A DNA stretch of 64,000 bases from an uncultured archaeon. GTDB lineage: Archaea > Iainarchaeota > Iainarchaeia > Iainarchaeales > CSSED10-239. A program made the position numbers and the translations under genes. The stretch lies in contig CAYXAY010000001.1 of assembly GCA_964463155.1 (NCBI GenBank), positions 1,407 through 65,406 on the forward strand, written 5' to 3'. This document shows, one piece after another, positions 10,028-18,510 of the stretch. Each line of letters begins with the position of its first letter. Position 1 is the stretch's first letter. A model generated the notes under the pieces. The model was not told where the DNA came from and ran no database searches. It worked only from the letters and a program-made list of their open reading frames with translations.

Positions 10028-11542
10028 ATGTTTGAAGATATTTTTAATATGTTAAAAAAGCAAAAAGCACAAACAGCAGTTGAGGTGCTAATAATCATCA
10101 GCGGAATATTGATTGTTGCGGTTGTTGTTGTTATGATTTTTATATCAACAGGCTCAGCAAAAGCAGACGACATAACAAAAACAGATACCGCCCATCAAAA
10201 ACTGCTTGACAACACAATCTTTCCCCCAACACTTGATTCTATTAAATTAACAGATAGTAACGACACAAATGTAACTATTCAAGTAAGTATTACAGAATCC
10301 CCATCTTCAAATATTAAAGATTATTGTTTGGTTGTTAATGACAACATAACAAATTATTGTAATAGTCCAGGCACTAGTGGAAATATGGTTTTTAATATTC
10401 CAAAAGAAACCACAAATTATTATTCTGTATCTCTTGTCTCAAGAAGCAACCAAGATAAGATTTCCTCATCAAGCTTTGTTTTAACTGGAAGTATTGCTAC
10501 TGTTGGCACAGGCGGCACTGACGACACAGGCGAAACTGGACCGCTACTATTAAACTTTACTTGTCCGACAGGCTATGCAAAAGTTCCGGGACTTGCAGAA
10601 TATAATACAATAGGCGATAAAAACGGTTTTTGCGTTATGAAATGGGAAGCAAAAATTAATTTTGATAATGATCCATTAGGATTGGGAGACATTAATACTA
10701 GTTGTGAACATTTTGTGGCAAGACCTAACCACACTTTGCGTTATGGTATTTGGGATATAATGGCCACTGGTTGTCGCATTACTTCAATAACTAATAGATT
10801 AGTTTCCACTGCGGAAGGATACCCTATAGGAAATGTAAATCAAAACGAAGCGAGAAATTATTGTCAAGGATTGGCCACTTCAACAGGCAAAGATTATCAT
10901 TTAATAACAAACAATGAATGGATGACAATCGCAAGAAATATAGAGGATCAAAATGTTAATTGGATTAGCGGGGCGGTGGGCGTGGGACCATTAAAAAAAG
11001 GAAACACCTATGGTCGCATCCCCGCAATTCCAGGAGAATATGGCGTTTCTTGTGTTATAAGCGCCGTAGCAGAGAGATGGTTAATCGATTATGTGGGCGC
11101 ACCATGTTCTGCTTCACCAAATCATAGAAATCAACTATCATTAGCAAGATTGGTTTTATCTACAGGAGACGAAATTTGGGATTTTTCGGGGAATATGGAA
11201 GAGTGGGTTGATAAAACTGTTTATTCTTATGTTGAACCAAAACCAATTGATGAACAAAATTATTCTTCACCAGCAAGATTTGAATTTACATTAATTGATC
11301 GCACTAAATTACACCCTTCTTTTCCTGAAAACCAATACCGCCCAAAAAATTTAAATTGGAACTCAATACAAGGCGTTGGTCAGATATTTAGTCACTGGAG
11401 AAGTGGAAACGCAACTCATGGCATTTTAAGAGGAGGGAGGGTTTTTTTAAATAACGGACCAACAGGAATTTATACAATTGATTTTTACACTCCAACAACT
11501 AGAACCATATATGCCGGATTTAGATGCGTGTATGTGCCATAA
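10028..11542 (+). CDS. Prepilin fused to FGE-sulfatase / C-type-lectin-fold domain (pilus tip adhesin candidate)
   Basis: KA|QTAVEVLIIISGILIV class III SP, DNTIFPP, YCLVVN module; C-terminal FGE-family motifs ARNYCQGL...HLITNNEWMTIARN, WDFSGNMEEWVDK, LRGGRVF, GFRCVYVP; no CxxxxC catalytic pair. Confidence 0.8.
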   Translation: MFEDIFNMLKKQKAQTAVEVLIIISGILIVAVVVVMIFISTGSAKADDITKTDTAHQKLLDNTIFPPTLDSIKLTDSNDTNVTIQVSITESPSSNIKDYCLVVNDNITNYCNSPGTSGNMVFNIPKETTNYYSVSLVSRSNQDKISSSSFVLTGSIATVGTGGTDDTGETGPLLLNFTCPTGYAKVPGLAEYNTIGDKNGFCVMKWEAKINFDNDPLGLGDINTSCEHFVARPNHTLRYGIWDIMATGCRITSITNRLVSTAEGYPIGNVNQNEARNYCQGLATSTGKDYHLITNNEWMTIARNIEDQNVNWISGAVGVGPLKKGNTYGRIPAIPGEYGVSCVISAVAERWLIDYVGAPCSASPNHRNQLSLARLVLSTGDEIWDFSGNMEEWVDKTVYSYVEPKPIDEQNYSSPARFEFTLIDRTKLHPSFPENQYRPKNLNWNSIQGVGQIFSHWRSGNATHGILRGGRVFLNNGPTGIYTIDFYTPTTRTIYAGFRCVYVP

Positions 11543-11555
11543 TTTATGAGAAAAT

Positions 11556-13148
11556 ATGTTTGAAGAGATTTTTAATAAGTTAAAAAAGCCAAAAGGGCAA
11601 ACGTCTTTAGAAATACTTATTGTTATGGGGGGATTAGTTATTGTTGCAGTAGTTGTTGTAACTGTGATTCTTGCAGCAAGCAAGAACAAGGTCGCGGAAA
11701 TTACAAATGCAGACAGGCAAAATGCAATGGTTATTGACACTACATTGTTTCCGCCAAACATTAATTCAATAAGATGTAATTTAAAAGAAGACAATACAGG
11801 CATAGACATTTCATTATCAGTTATTCCTTCAGCAACAAAAGATATTTCAGATTATTGTTTAGTAATAAACGGAAGACCAACAGAAATCTGCGCGTCTTCT
11901 TCATTAACAGAATTATTATTTACTACTGCCGAAGTTGGAAACGGAAACTTCAAAGTAGCTTTAGTTTCAAGAAACAGCAGAAATGCAATATCAAGTAACA
12001 GCGTTAGTTTTAATTGTAGAGTAACATTGCCTATTGGAGGAATAATCATTCCTCCAGATAATAATCAGACAACACCAGAGAAATTACCATTAAATTTTAC
12101 ATGTCCAGCGGGCTATGCGAAAGTTCCGGGACTTGCGGAATATAACACAATAGGCGATAAAAATGGTTTTTGTGTTATGAAATGGGAAGCAAAAATGGAT
12201 TTTGATAATGATAATATTGGCGACACAAATGTAAATTGTATTCGCTTTTTTAGATCAAATTGCACTTATCACAATATTTGGGATGTACGCACCTGTTCAG
12301 TTCCAAACAACACAAAAATAACTAGTACCTCTCAAGGATTGCCTATAGCAAATTTAACATTAGCTGATGCTAGAAATTTTTGTTCAAATCAAGGTAGCGG
12401 ATATCATTTAATTACTAATGACGAATGGATGACGATAGTAAAAAATATAGAGGATCAAAATGTAAATTGGAGCGGGGGGGTAGTAAACGTCGGTAGTTTA
12501 AAAGTAGGAAATGCCGGTGGGTCAAGTGGTCGAATAACTTACAATCTTGCGAACTCAAATGTGTCTCCATATGGTCCACTGTCACTAGGGCAAGCGTGTT
12601 CTACCTATAGCTTATTATATGATTATAACGGACACCCCGCACCCAATTCAGTTTATTGTACTACCGGTTGTACTGAAAACAATAATTTAACACAACCCTC
12701 TAAATTAAGATTATCGACAGAAGACGAAATTTGGGATTTTTCTGGAAATCTTATGGAATATGTAGATAAAACACTATTTAGAGGGCATTTACCAACGCCC
12801 GAAATTAATGGGGAACCACAAACAAATATTTGGACAGAATTTATAAATATAAATTCCACAAACAACACTTACCTTCAAGATAAAGAATACAAACCAACAA
12901 ATTCAAATTGGCATTCTGCGGTAGGAATTGGCAAATTTATGATTAATCAATATACCCAACCAGAAACGATGATTTTTATAAGAGGAGGTGGCGCATTTTA
13001 TTATGTTAACAATTTTGACGCGTCGGCAGCCGGCATCTATTCATTATATCTATTAAGAACCACAACAACCGCGGTTCCAAGTGGCCCACATATTGACCAA
13101 GGTCCAGGCATTGGCTTTAGATGTGTTGGTCCAGGAACTCTAAATTGA
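11556..13148 (+). CDS. Prepilin fused to FGE-sulfatase / C-type-lectin-fold domain, tandem paralog
   Basis: KG|QTSLEILIVMGGLVIV SP, DTTLFPP, YCLVING; shares near-identical FTCPxGYAKVPGLAEYNTIGDKNGFCVMKWEAK core with upstream gene; WDFSGNLMEYVDK, IRGGGAF, GFRCVGPG. Confidence 0.8.
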   Translation: MFEEIFNKLKKPKGQTSLEILIVMGGLVIVAVVVVTVILAASKNKVAEITNADRQNAMVIDTTLFPPNINSIRCNLKEDNTGIDISLSVIPSATKDISDYCLVINGRPTEICASSSLTELLFTTAEVGNGNFKVALVSRNSRNAISSNSVSFNCRVTLPIGGIIIPPDNNQTTPEKLPLNFTCPAGYAKVPGLAEYNTIGDKNGFCVMKWEAKMDFDNDNIGDTNVNCIRFFRSNCTYHNIWDVRTCSVPNNTKITSTSQGLPIANLTLADARNFCSNQGSGYHLITNDEWMTIVKNIEDQNVNWSGGVVNVGSLKVGNAGGSSGRITYNLANSNVSPYGPLSLGQACSTYSLLYDYNGHPAPNSVYCTTGCTENNNLTQPSKLRLSTEDEIWDFSGNLMEYVDKTLFRGHLPTPEINGEPQTNIWTEFININSTNNTYLQDKEYKPTNSNWHSAVGIGKFMINQYTQPETMIFIRGGGAFYYVNNFDASAAGIYSLYLLRTTTTAVPSGPHIDQGPGIGFRCVGPGTLN

Positions 13149-13288
13149 TCTAATTCTAATGTTTTTTAGTTTGCCAAACTAAACAGAAAGATATATAAAT
13201 ATAATCTATAACAATAATAGTAATTATTTTATTATATAAATAAAATATAAATCACTCAAAAACTGAGTAATTAAACGGAGGAATAAAA

Positions 13289-13699
13289 ATGAAGTTTAAT
13301 AAAGGTCAAGGTGCACTTGAATACCTATTATTAATCGGCGGAGCTGTATTAATCGCAGTTATCGTAATCGCATTACTTGTAGGTATGGGTTCATCCAGCA
13401 GACAAGGAACACAAGAAAGGCAAGAAAGCATAGACAATACAATTGCAGGAACAGCTATCGCTCCGATATTGAATGCGGTGACATGTGCCAATAATACTTT
13501 AAATTTAAGATACATTTATAATGGTGGAACATTGGAATATAGCTTAAACAACGGAGCTTGGACCGCAGTAGGGGAAACAGATGGAAATACAAATATTTCT
13601 GTAACAACTTGTCCGGTAGTACCATATTCAGTACAACTTAGATCTACAAATGCAAGTGGTCAGATAGCTCTATCAAGTACATTCACTGTAAGAACATAA
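13289..13699 (+). CDS. Type IV prepilin (class III signal peptide)
   Basis: NKG|QGALEYLLLIGGAVLIAVIVIALLV; GGAGG SD 8 nt upstream; 136 aa. Confidence 0.75.
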   Translation: MKFNKGQGALEYLLLIGGAVLIAVIVIALLVGMGSSSRQGTQERQESIDNTIAGTAIAPILNAVTCANNTLNLRYIYNGGTLEYSLNNGAWTAVGETDGNTNISVTTCPVVPYSVQLRSTNASGQIALSSTFTVRT

Positions 13700-13764
13700 A
13701 TACAGTAATTTAACCAGGGGTTTCCTGGTTTTATTTTTGTTATAATAAAAAAGGGGAAAAAACA
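13700..13764 (+). terminator. Hairpin plus T-tract downstream of pilin gene
   Basis: AACCAGGggtttCCTGGTT 7-bp stem followed by TTATTTTTGTT. Confidence 0.4.
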
Positions 13765-14223
13765 ATGAATTTCAATCTTACTTTTTCAAAGAAAGGACAG
13801 GGCGCCTTGGAATATTTAATAATTATAGGTGCGGCAATATTAGTCGCAGTTATTGTTGTTTCTTTAATAATTTCAGTTAGCAGGGCTAACACAGACATAA
13901 CAACAACAAGCAACGAACAATACACAAACATGATTGATAACACAATAATCCCGCCAATGATAATAGGTGTTGACTGTAATGCGGTAGCTGATCGTGCAAG
14001 ATTTACAATAAATCCTTCAATAACCGAAGCAGTAAGTCAATATTGTTTGGTTGTAAATGGAGACGTAAATATAACTAATTGTCAAAATACAAATTCTGTA
14101 TTGACTTTCCCATACAATTCATTTGTAAATGGCACAGCATATCGTATGTCTTTAGTAGGGAAAAGGGGAAATGTTTTTTCGTCGCCAACAGCACCACCAA
14201 CATCATGTACAGCACACAACTAA
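13765..14223 (+). CDS. Type IV prepilin with DNTIIPP / YCLVVNG module
   Basis: KKG|QGALEYLIIIGAAILVAVIVV; YCLVVNGDVNITNC; 152 aa. Confidence 0.75.
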   Translation: MNFNLTFSKKGQGALEYLIIIGAAILVAVIVVSLIISVSRANTDITTTSNEQYTNMIDNTIIPPMIIGVDCNAVADRARFTINPSITEAVSQYCLVVNGDVNITNCQNTNSVLTFPYNSFVNGTAYRMSLVGKRGNVFSSPTAPPTSCTAHN

Positions 14224-14239
14224 AGATAAAAAGGTAAAT

Positions 14240-14422
14240 ATGATAAAAAGATTAATTGACGATAACAGGGGACAGGTTTCCCTTGAATATCTTGTTATGA
14301 TTGTCTTTGGGGTTATGCTTGTAATAATAACCGGCATAATGATCATCAATTTAAGCGTACTTATTTCTGTGGCCAAAGCAAAAATACTAAACTACAGGCA
14401 CAATATTCTAAATACAATATAA
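14240..14422 (+). CDS. Flp-like small type IV prepilin (~60 aa)
   Basis: True start likely ATG at 14240 (MIKRLIDDNRG|QVSLEYLVMIVFGVMLVII); the longer ORF call from 14171 overlaps upstream gene and is probably artefactual. Confidence 0.65.
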   Translation: MIKRLIDDNRGQVSLEYLVMIVFGVMLVIITGIMIINLSVLISVAKAKILNYRHNILNTI

Positions 14423-14434
14423 ATAAGAAAAAAG

Positions 14435-15538
14435 ATGTTTTATGCAAATATAGCAATATTATTTTTTGTTTTCTTGTTTCTATTGCTTGCTTCTTTTTCT
14501 GATATTAAAACTAGAACAATATCTAATAGATTAATTCTTTTCTTCTTAATATTTGGAGTTTCGTTTAATGTTCTTATGGCAATCTATCTTAATAACTATA
14601 GTCCATTATTATCATTATTATTTTCAGCAATAATAGGCTTTGTTGTCTTTTTCATATTATGGGAATTAGGCGTCATTGCTGGAGGAGACGCAAAATTATT
14701 TATGGCAATATCAATGATGCTTCCAACAATGCAAAACACTTTTCAGATCTTTAACATAGGACAAGAAAAAATATTTACTTTTCCAATATTCACAATATTA
14801 TTGTTTGTTGTTAGTGTGTTTATGGTTCTGCCATGGATATTATTATATTCTAAATACCTATTATTCAAAAGAAAAAACTATTTGCATCTTTTAAAGGAGA
14901 TTTTTTCAAAAAAGAACCTTATATCGATTATGGATTCAGTTCTTGTAGTTGTTCTTCTAGGCCTAATAATGTCTATCTTATCTCTTACAAGCATCCGATA
15001 CATTCTAATAATCTCTTTTGTATTTACCTATCTTATATTTAAAATAAAAATAAAAAAACACTTCTATACTTTTATTATATCTCTATACTTAGTTGTTTTT
15101 TTCATGTTCCTATTAACCTCAAGAAAAATAAACTATTTACTACTATCAAACACGCTAAACACAATAGTCTTTGTGTTTATATTCTCCGTATTAATCATAT
15201 ATTACAGATACATAAAAGAAAAAGTGTTTGTTGAAACAAAAACAATCTCTCAACTAACGGAAGGAGATGTCCCGATATACAATTACTATTATATTAAGAG
15301 GAAGTTAATTATTAAAGAATCAAATTTCTTTAGAAAACTAAAAGAGTTGGCACAAGGAACCTATTACAAGGGTTTAAAGGTTGATTCCAGCAAGGCCTGT
15401 GGCATTTCAGTAAAAGACATAGCTTTTTTAAAAGATATGTATAAAAATAAATTAATAAACAATAAAATATATGTAAAGAAGACTATTGCATTTACGCCAG
15501 CAGTTCTTCTTGCATTTATATTGTTGATAATATTTTAA
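14435..15538 (+). CDS. Prepilin peptidase (A24 family, EppA/PibD-like) with C-terminal extension
   Basis: Two catalytic Asp motifs at expected positions: FSD23IKTRTISNR and GGD85AKLF; 8+ TM helices; 367 aa with an extra ~130 aa C-terminal region. Confidence 0.8.
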   Translation: MFYANIAILFFVFLFLLLASFSDIKTRTISNRLILFFLIFGVSFNVLMAIYLNNYSPLLSLLFSAIIGFVVFFILWELGVIAGGDAKLFMAISMMLPTMQNTFQIFNIGQEKIFTFPIFTILLFVVSVFMVLPWILLYSKYLLFKRKNYLHLLKEIFSKKNLISIMDSVLVVVLLGLIMSILSLTSIRYILIISFVFTYLIFKIKIKKHFYTFIISLYLVVFFMFLLTSRKINYLLLSNTLNTIVFVFIFSVLIIYYRYIKEKVFVETKTISQLTEGDVPIYNYYYIKRKLIIKESNFFRKLKELAQGTYYKGLKVDSSKACGISVKDIAFLKDMYKNKLINNKIYVKKTIAFTPAVLLAFILLIIF

Positions 15539-15551
15539 ATTTTGAGAAAAT

Positions 15552-15998
15552 ATGAAAAAAGGCCAACTTTCAATTGAGATTGTAATTCTATTAGCCATAT
15601 TTCTATTGTTCTTTCAAGCAATGATACTTCCAACCATTGAGTTTTCAGAAAACATATTACAAGACACTCAAGCAATAGTGATAACCAAAAAGAACATAGA
15701 CAACCTTGCAACAAACATTGAGCAACTATCCAATCAAGAAGGCTACGGGCAAAGAAAAGTATATTTCTATTTGCCATCAAATGCAATTATGAAATGTAAT
15801 AATACTCTAAAGCAATTAGACTACAATATAACAATCTCAAAACAACAGCCAATCCCATCACAATGTGACAATATGGGGCTATGTAGCTTTAACAAGCAAT
15901 TACTCGTAAGAAACATAGACTGTAATGCGATAGGCCCCGGCCATAAAGGAATAATAACAATACTAAAAAAAATTGATGGAAACATCACAATCGGTTAA
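15552..15998 (+). CDS. Type IV prepilin-like protein
   Basis: KKG|QLSIEIVILLAIFLLFF class III signal; 148 aa. Confidence 0.65.
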   Translation: MKKGQLSIEIVILLAIFLLFFQAMILPTIEFSENILQDTQAIVITKKNIDNLATNIEQLSNQEGYGQRKVYFYLPSNAIMKCNNTLKQLDYNITISKQQPIPSQCDNMGLCSFNKQLLVRNIDCNAIGPGHKGIITILKKIDGNITIG

Positions 15999-16351
15999 TG
16001 TTTATGAAATCCAAAGCACAAATAAGTTTAGAGTTTATTGTAATACTAGGATTTATACTTGTAATCGCCTTGTTCTTTGCAAACAACATATTTGGAACAA
16101 CAGACATTAACAAGTCAATAACAAGAGTGAAGCTAAGAACCTTGGAGGTGTTTTCAACAACAGATTCAAGAGCTCAACTAAACAAAATAGATTACTATGT
16201 TTCAGACACAAACCTTCAATTAAATCTTTATATTAACAGGTTTGATGAAAACTTCTCATTATCAGAGGAATATTATTCATCAACAATAGATAATCTAGAA
16301 AAATCAACAATCTTTAAAAATGTAAGAGTATCATTTACATATATTAACTAA
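15998..16351 (+). CDS. Type IV prepilin-like protein (minor pilin candidate)
   Basis: KSKA|QISLEFIVILGFILVIALFF; 117 aa. Confidence 0.6.
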   Translation: MFMKSKAQISLEFIVILGFILVIALFFANNIFGTTDINKSITRVKLRTLEVFSTTDSRAQLNKIDYYVSDTNLQLNLYINRFDENFSLSEEYYSSTIDNLEKSTIFKNVRVSFTYIN

Positions 16352-16366
16352 AAAGAGAAAGAAATA

Positions 16367-16957
16367 ATGCACGGCAAATATTTGTTATTTCAATTGTTTT
16401 TCATAATAAGTGTCTTTGTAAACTTATTTGTTAATGACAATTTGTTTTTAAAAATACTTTTAGTTTTCTTATTGTTCCTGTTTGGACTATTAATACTTCC
16501 AGAATTTCAACATAACAAAAACAAGTTTTTATTTACAGGAATAGGGTTTGTAATTCTTTCTATTCTCTTCTTGTTTGCTGGATATTTCATAAATCTTACC
16601 TACATAATCGTCCTAACTTGTATACTTGTGGTTTTCTTCTATTGCTCAAAGGTGCTTTTTAGCACAAGCTATGGCGAAGTCATATTTTCAACAGACAGAA
16701 CTGCCCAAATAAAGATAAAAGATGTCTTTTACAATCTTAACAAGATTTATTCTATTGAGACATCAAAGAAAATCGCATCAGGCTCAATAGTATCAATATG
16801 TCTTGACAATTCTATTCTAAGAAAGCCAACAAAGATAATTGATGTTATTTGTGAATCTACAACAACAATTCCAAAAACTTCAAAAACACAAAAAATCCCA
16901 AAGAAAGCTATAAAAACTAGAAAGAACACAAAAATCTCTAAGAAGAAAAAGAGATGA
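16367..16957 (+). CDS. Membrane protein with C-terminal beta-barrel-like (NfeD-like?) domain and Lys-rich basic tail
   Basis: 3-4 N-terminal TM helices, C-terminal GEVIFSTDRTAQIKIKD...SGSIVSI, terminal KTSKTQKIPKKAIKTRKNTKISKKKKR. Confidence 0.35.
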   Translation: MHGKYLLFQLFFIISVFVNLFVNDNLFLKILLVFLLFLFGLLILPEFQHNKNKFLFTGIGFVILSILFLFAGYFINLTYIIVLTCILVVFFYCSKVLFSTSYGEVIFSTDRTAQIKIKDVFYNLNKIYSIETSKKIASGSIVSICLDNSILRKPTKIIDVICESTTTIPKTSKTQKIPKKAIKTRKNTKISKKKKR

Positions 16958-16961
16958 GTGT

Positions 16962-17342
16962 GTGTTTGATTCAGATTTTAGAAAGATAATTATCTTTAGT
17001 GCAGTTTTTGGATTACTTGGAATCCTATTGCTAATGTATTATTTTGAAACATCAGAGTTATCTGTTTCTGCAGTTTCTGAAAACCACATAAACAAGACAT
17101 TAAGCGTTACTGGAAATGTAAAGTATATAGCCCTAAAATCAAATACTCTTTTCTTTGAGCTCTGCGATTCTTCTGCTTGTATTTCTTGCGTTTATTTTAA
17201 TCCTTCTAAGAAACTTATAATAGACCTTAAGGAATTACAAGAAAGCAACAAAGAAATAACAGTAAAAGCAAGATATCAAAAATACTATGAAACAAAAGAG
17301 CTTATTGTTTATGGTTTGTCAGAAAAAGGGGAGGAGAAATGA
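16962..17342 (+). CDS. Membrane-anchored OB-fold-like protein
   Basis: N-terminal TM helix then LSVTGNVKYIALKSNTLFFELCDSSACISCVYF...ITVKARYQKYYETKELIVYG resembling OB-fold (tRNA_anti-like) pattern. Confidence 0.35.
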   Translation: MFDSDFRKIIIFSAVFGLLGILLLMYYFETSELSVSAVSENHINKTLSVTGNVKYIALKSNTLFFELCDSSACISCVYFNPSKKLIIDLKELQESNKEITVKARYQKYYETKELIVYGLSEKGEEK

Positions 17343-18499
17343 TTTTTCTTGACATCTTTCTTGGCATAGTTATTGGCTTTGTATTGGGATTAATTCCCTG
17401 CTTTCACATTAATGTATTAGCTTATCTCCTAGTTATTATTGGCGCTTTTCTTTTGTTTCCAGACAAATTTTATTTTTTCTTTAGTCTTGCAATAACAATG
17501 ACAATTATAAGTCTTGTTCCTTTACTTCTCTTTAACATTTCTACGCCAGACAATTTCACACTAAATCTTGGACGAGATAAAACCCACACAATTACAACAT
17601 ATATCTATGGCACATTTTTTGGTTCTCTCTTTTCTATTCTCCTATTACCTATCTTTTACATGTTGTTTGTGCTTTTCTCTGATTTTTACCTCTTGATTTT
17701 TGCAATCCTTTTTTTGGTTTTAATATATTTGGTGTTTTTAGAACGCAGAGTTCTTTTGTCTTTAACAATCATTTCTTTTGCAGGAGCCCTAGGGCTTATA
17801 ACCCTAAAATACAATTTCGTTTTCTTTGAACCGCTTCTACCTTGTATCTTTGGGTTGTTTGCCTTGCCAACTCTGCTGGTGTCGTTATGGGACAATAAGA
17901 AGATAGGCTACGTGTCGCCTGTCCAAGAAATAGTGTGTTTTAAATCAATTTCTGTCTTTTCTTTTCTTGGTGCTCTTTTCTCTTCAGTCATAGCAATAAT
18001 TCCTTCCCTAAGCCCAGGCATAGCAACAATCATTCCATCAGTTTTTTCTAAAGACTATTCTTTAGAAAAAAGAAAAATACTTCTTTCAAGTACCCTAATC
18101 TCAGTAATACTTGTGTATTTTTTCATGGCTGCAATATTTAGAAAATCAAGAATAGGCTATGTCTCAATTCTCCTTTCAAGTAATCAGATTCCAAGATTGC
18201 TACTCCCAGACATCTTCCTTTTTTGCTTTGTCTTCTTGTTTGTTGTTTCAGTTGTATGTTTTCTTCTTTTGCATTTCTATCCGCATTTCTTTTCAATTAT
18301 GCAAAAGCTTCCGAAGAAAAAAACAACCATTGTTGTTATTGTGTTTTCCATAATTTTGATACTGCTTATAACTAACATCTATTCAATATTTCTAATAATT
18401 CTCTCTTGTGCGATAGGCTTCTTACCAATAGTCTATAATAAAAACAAATTGCTTCTTATGTCTTATTTAATACTGCCAACAATTTTGTTTTTTATATAG
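17339..18499 (+). CDS. Hypothetical polytopic membrane protein (>=10 TM)
   Basis: 386 aa, very hydrophobic; last gene-sized ORF before JAMM in pilus locus. Confidence 0.35.
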   Translation: MIFLDIFLGIVIGFVLGLIPCFHINVLAYLLVIIGAFLLFPDKFYFFFSLAITMTIISLVPLLLFNISTPDNFTLNLGRDKTHTITTYIYGTFFGSLFSILLLPIFYMLFVLFSDFYLLIFAILFLVLIYLVFLERRVLLSLTIISFAGALGLITLKYNFVFFEPLLPCIFGLFALPTLLVSLWDNKKIGYVSPVQEIVCFKSISVFSFLGALFSSVIAIIPSLSPGIATIIPSVFSKDYSLEKRKILLSSTLISVILVYFFMAAIFRKSRIGYVSILLSSNQIPRLLLPDIFLFCFVFLFVVSVVCFLLLHFYPHFFSIMQKLPKKKTTIVVIVFSIILILLITNIYSIFLIILSCAIGFLPIVYNKNKLLLMSYLILPTILFFI

Positions 18500-18510
18500 A
18501 GGAAATAAAT

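Noticed and set aside
12474-12480. G7 homopolymer inside adhesin gene B as a slipped-strand phase-variation switch
   Set aside because: It simply encodes Gly-Gly (agc ggg ggg gta). An equivalent C7/G7 run occurs in the housekeeping ValRS gene at 37694-37700, where it encodes Pro-Pro-Pro. There is therefore no evidence of a dedicated contingency tract.
10028-13148. Diversity-generating retroelement (DGR) targeting the FGE/CLec-fold pilins, with the ~120-nt near-identical segment read as a TR/VR pair
   Set aside because: No reverse transcriptase ORF is present in the window. The repeated segment is in the middle of the genes, not at the C-terminus. The mismatches between copies are mostly synonymous transitions in both directions rather than adenine-specific substitutions. 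An RT could still lie outside the window.
13149-13288. Palindrome TTTAGTTTG-c-CAAACTAAA after the second adhesin gene as a regulatory hairpin
   Set aside because: A one-nucleotide loop cannot form a hairpin. The element is more simply a T6 terminator tract followed by an A/T-rich promoter with TATA-like boxes and a GGAGG SD for the next pilin gene. It is noted but not compelling on its own.
14171-14239. His/Gln-rich N-terminal extension (MFFRRQQHHQHHVQHTTKDKKVN) on the small pilin
   Set aside because: The extension overlaps the upstream pilin gene in another frame. The internal ATG at 14240 directly precedes the class III signal peptide, so the extension is an ORF-calling artefact.
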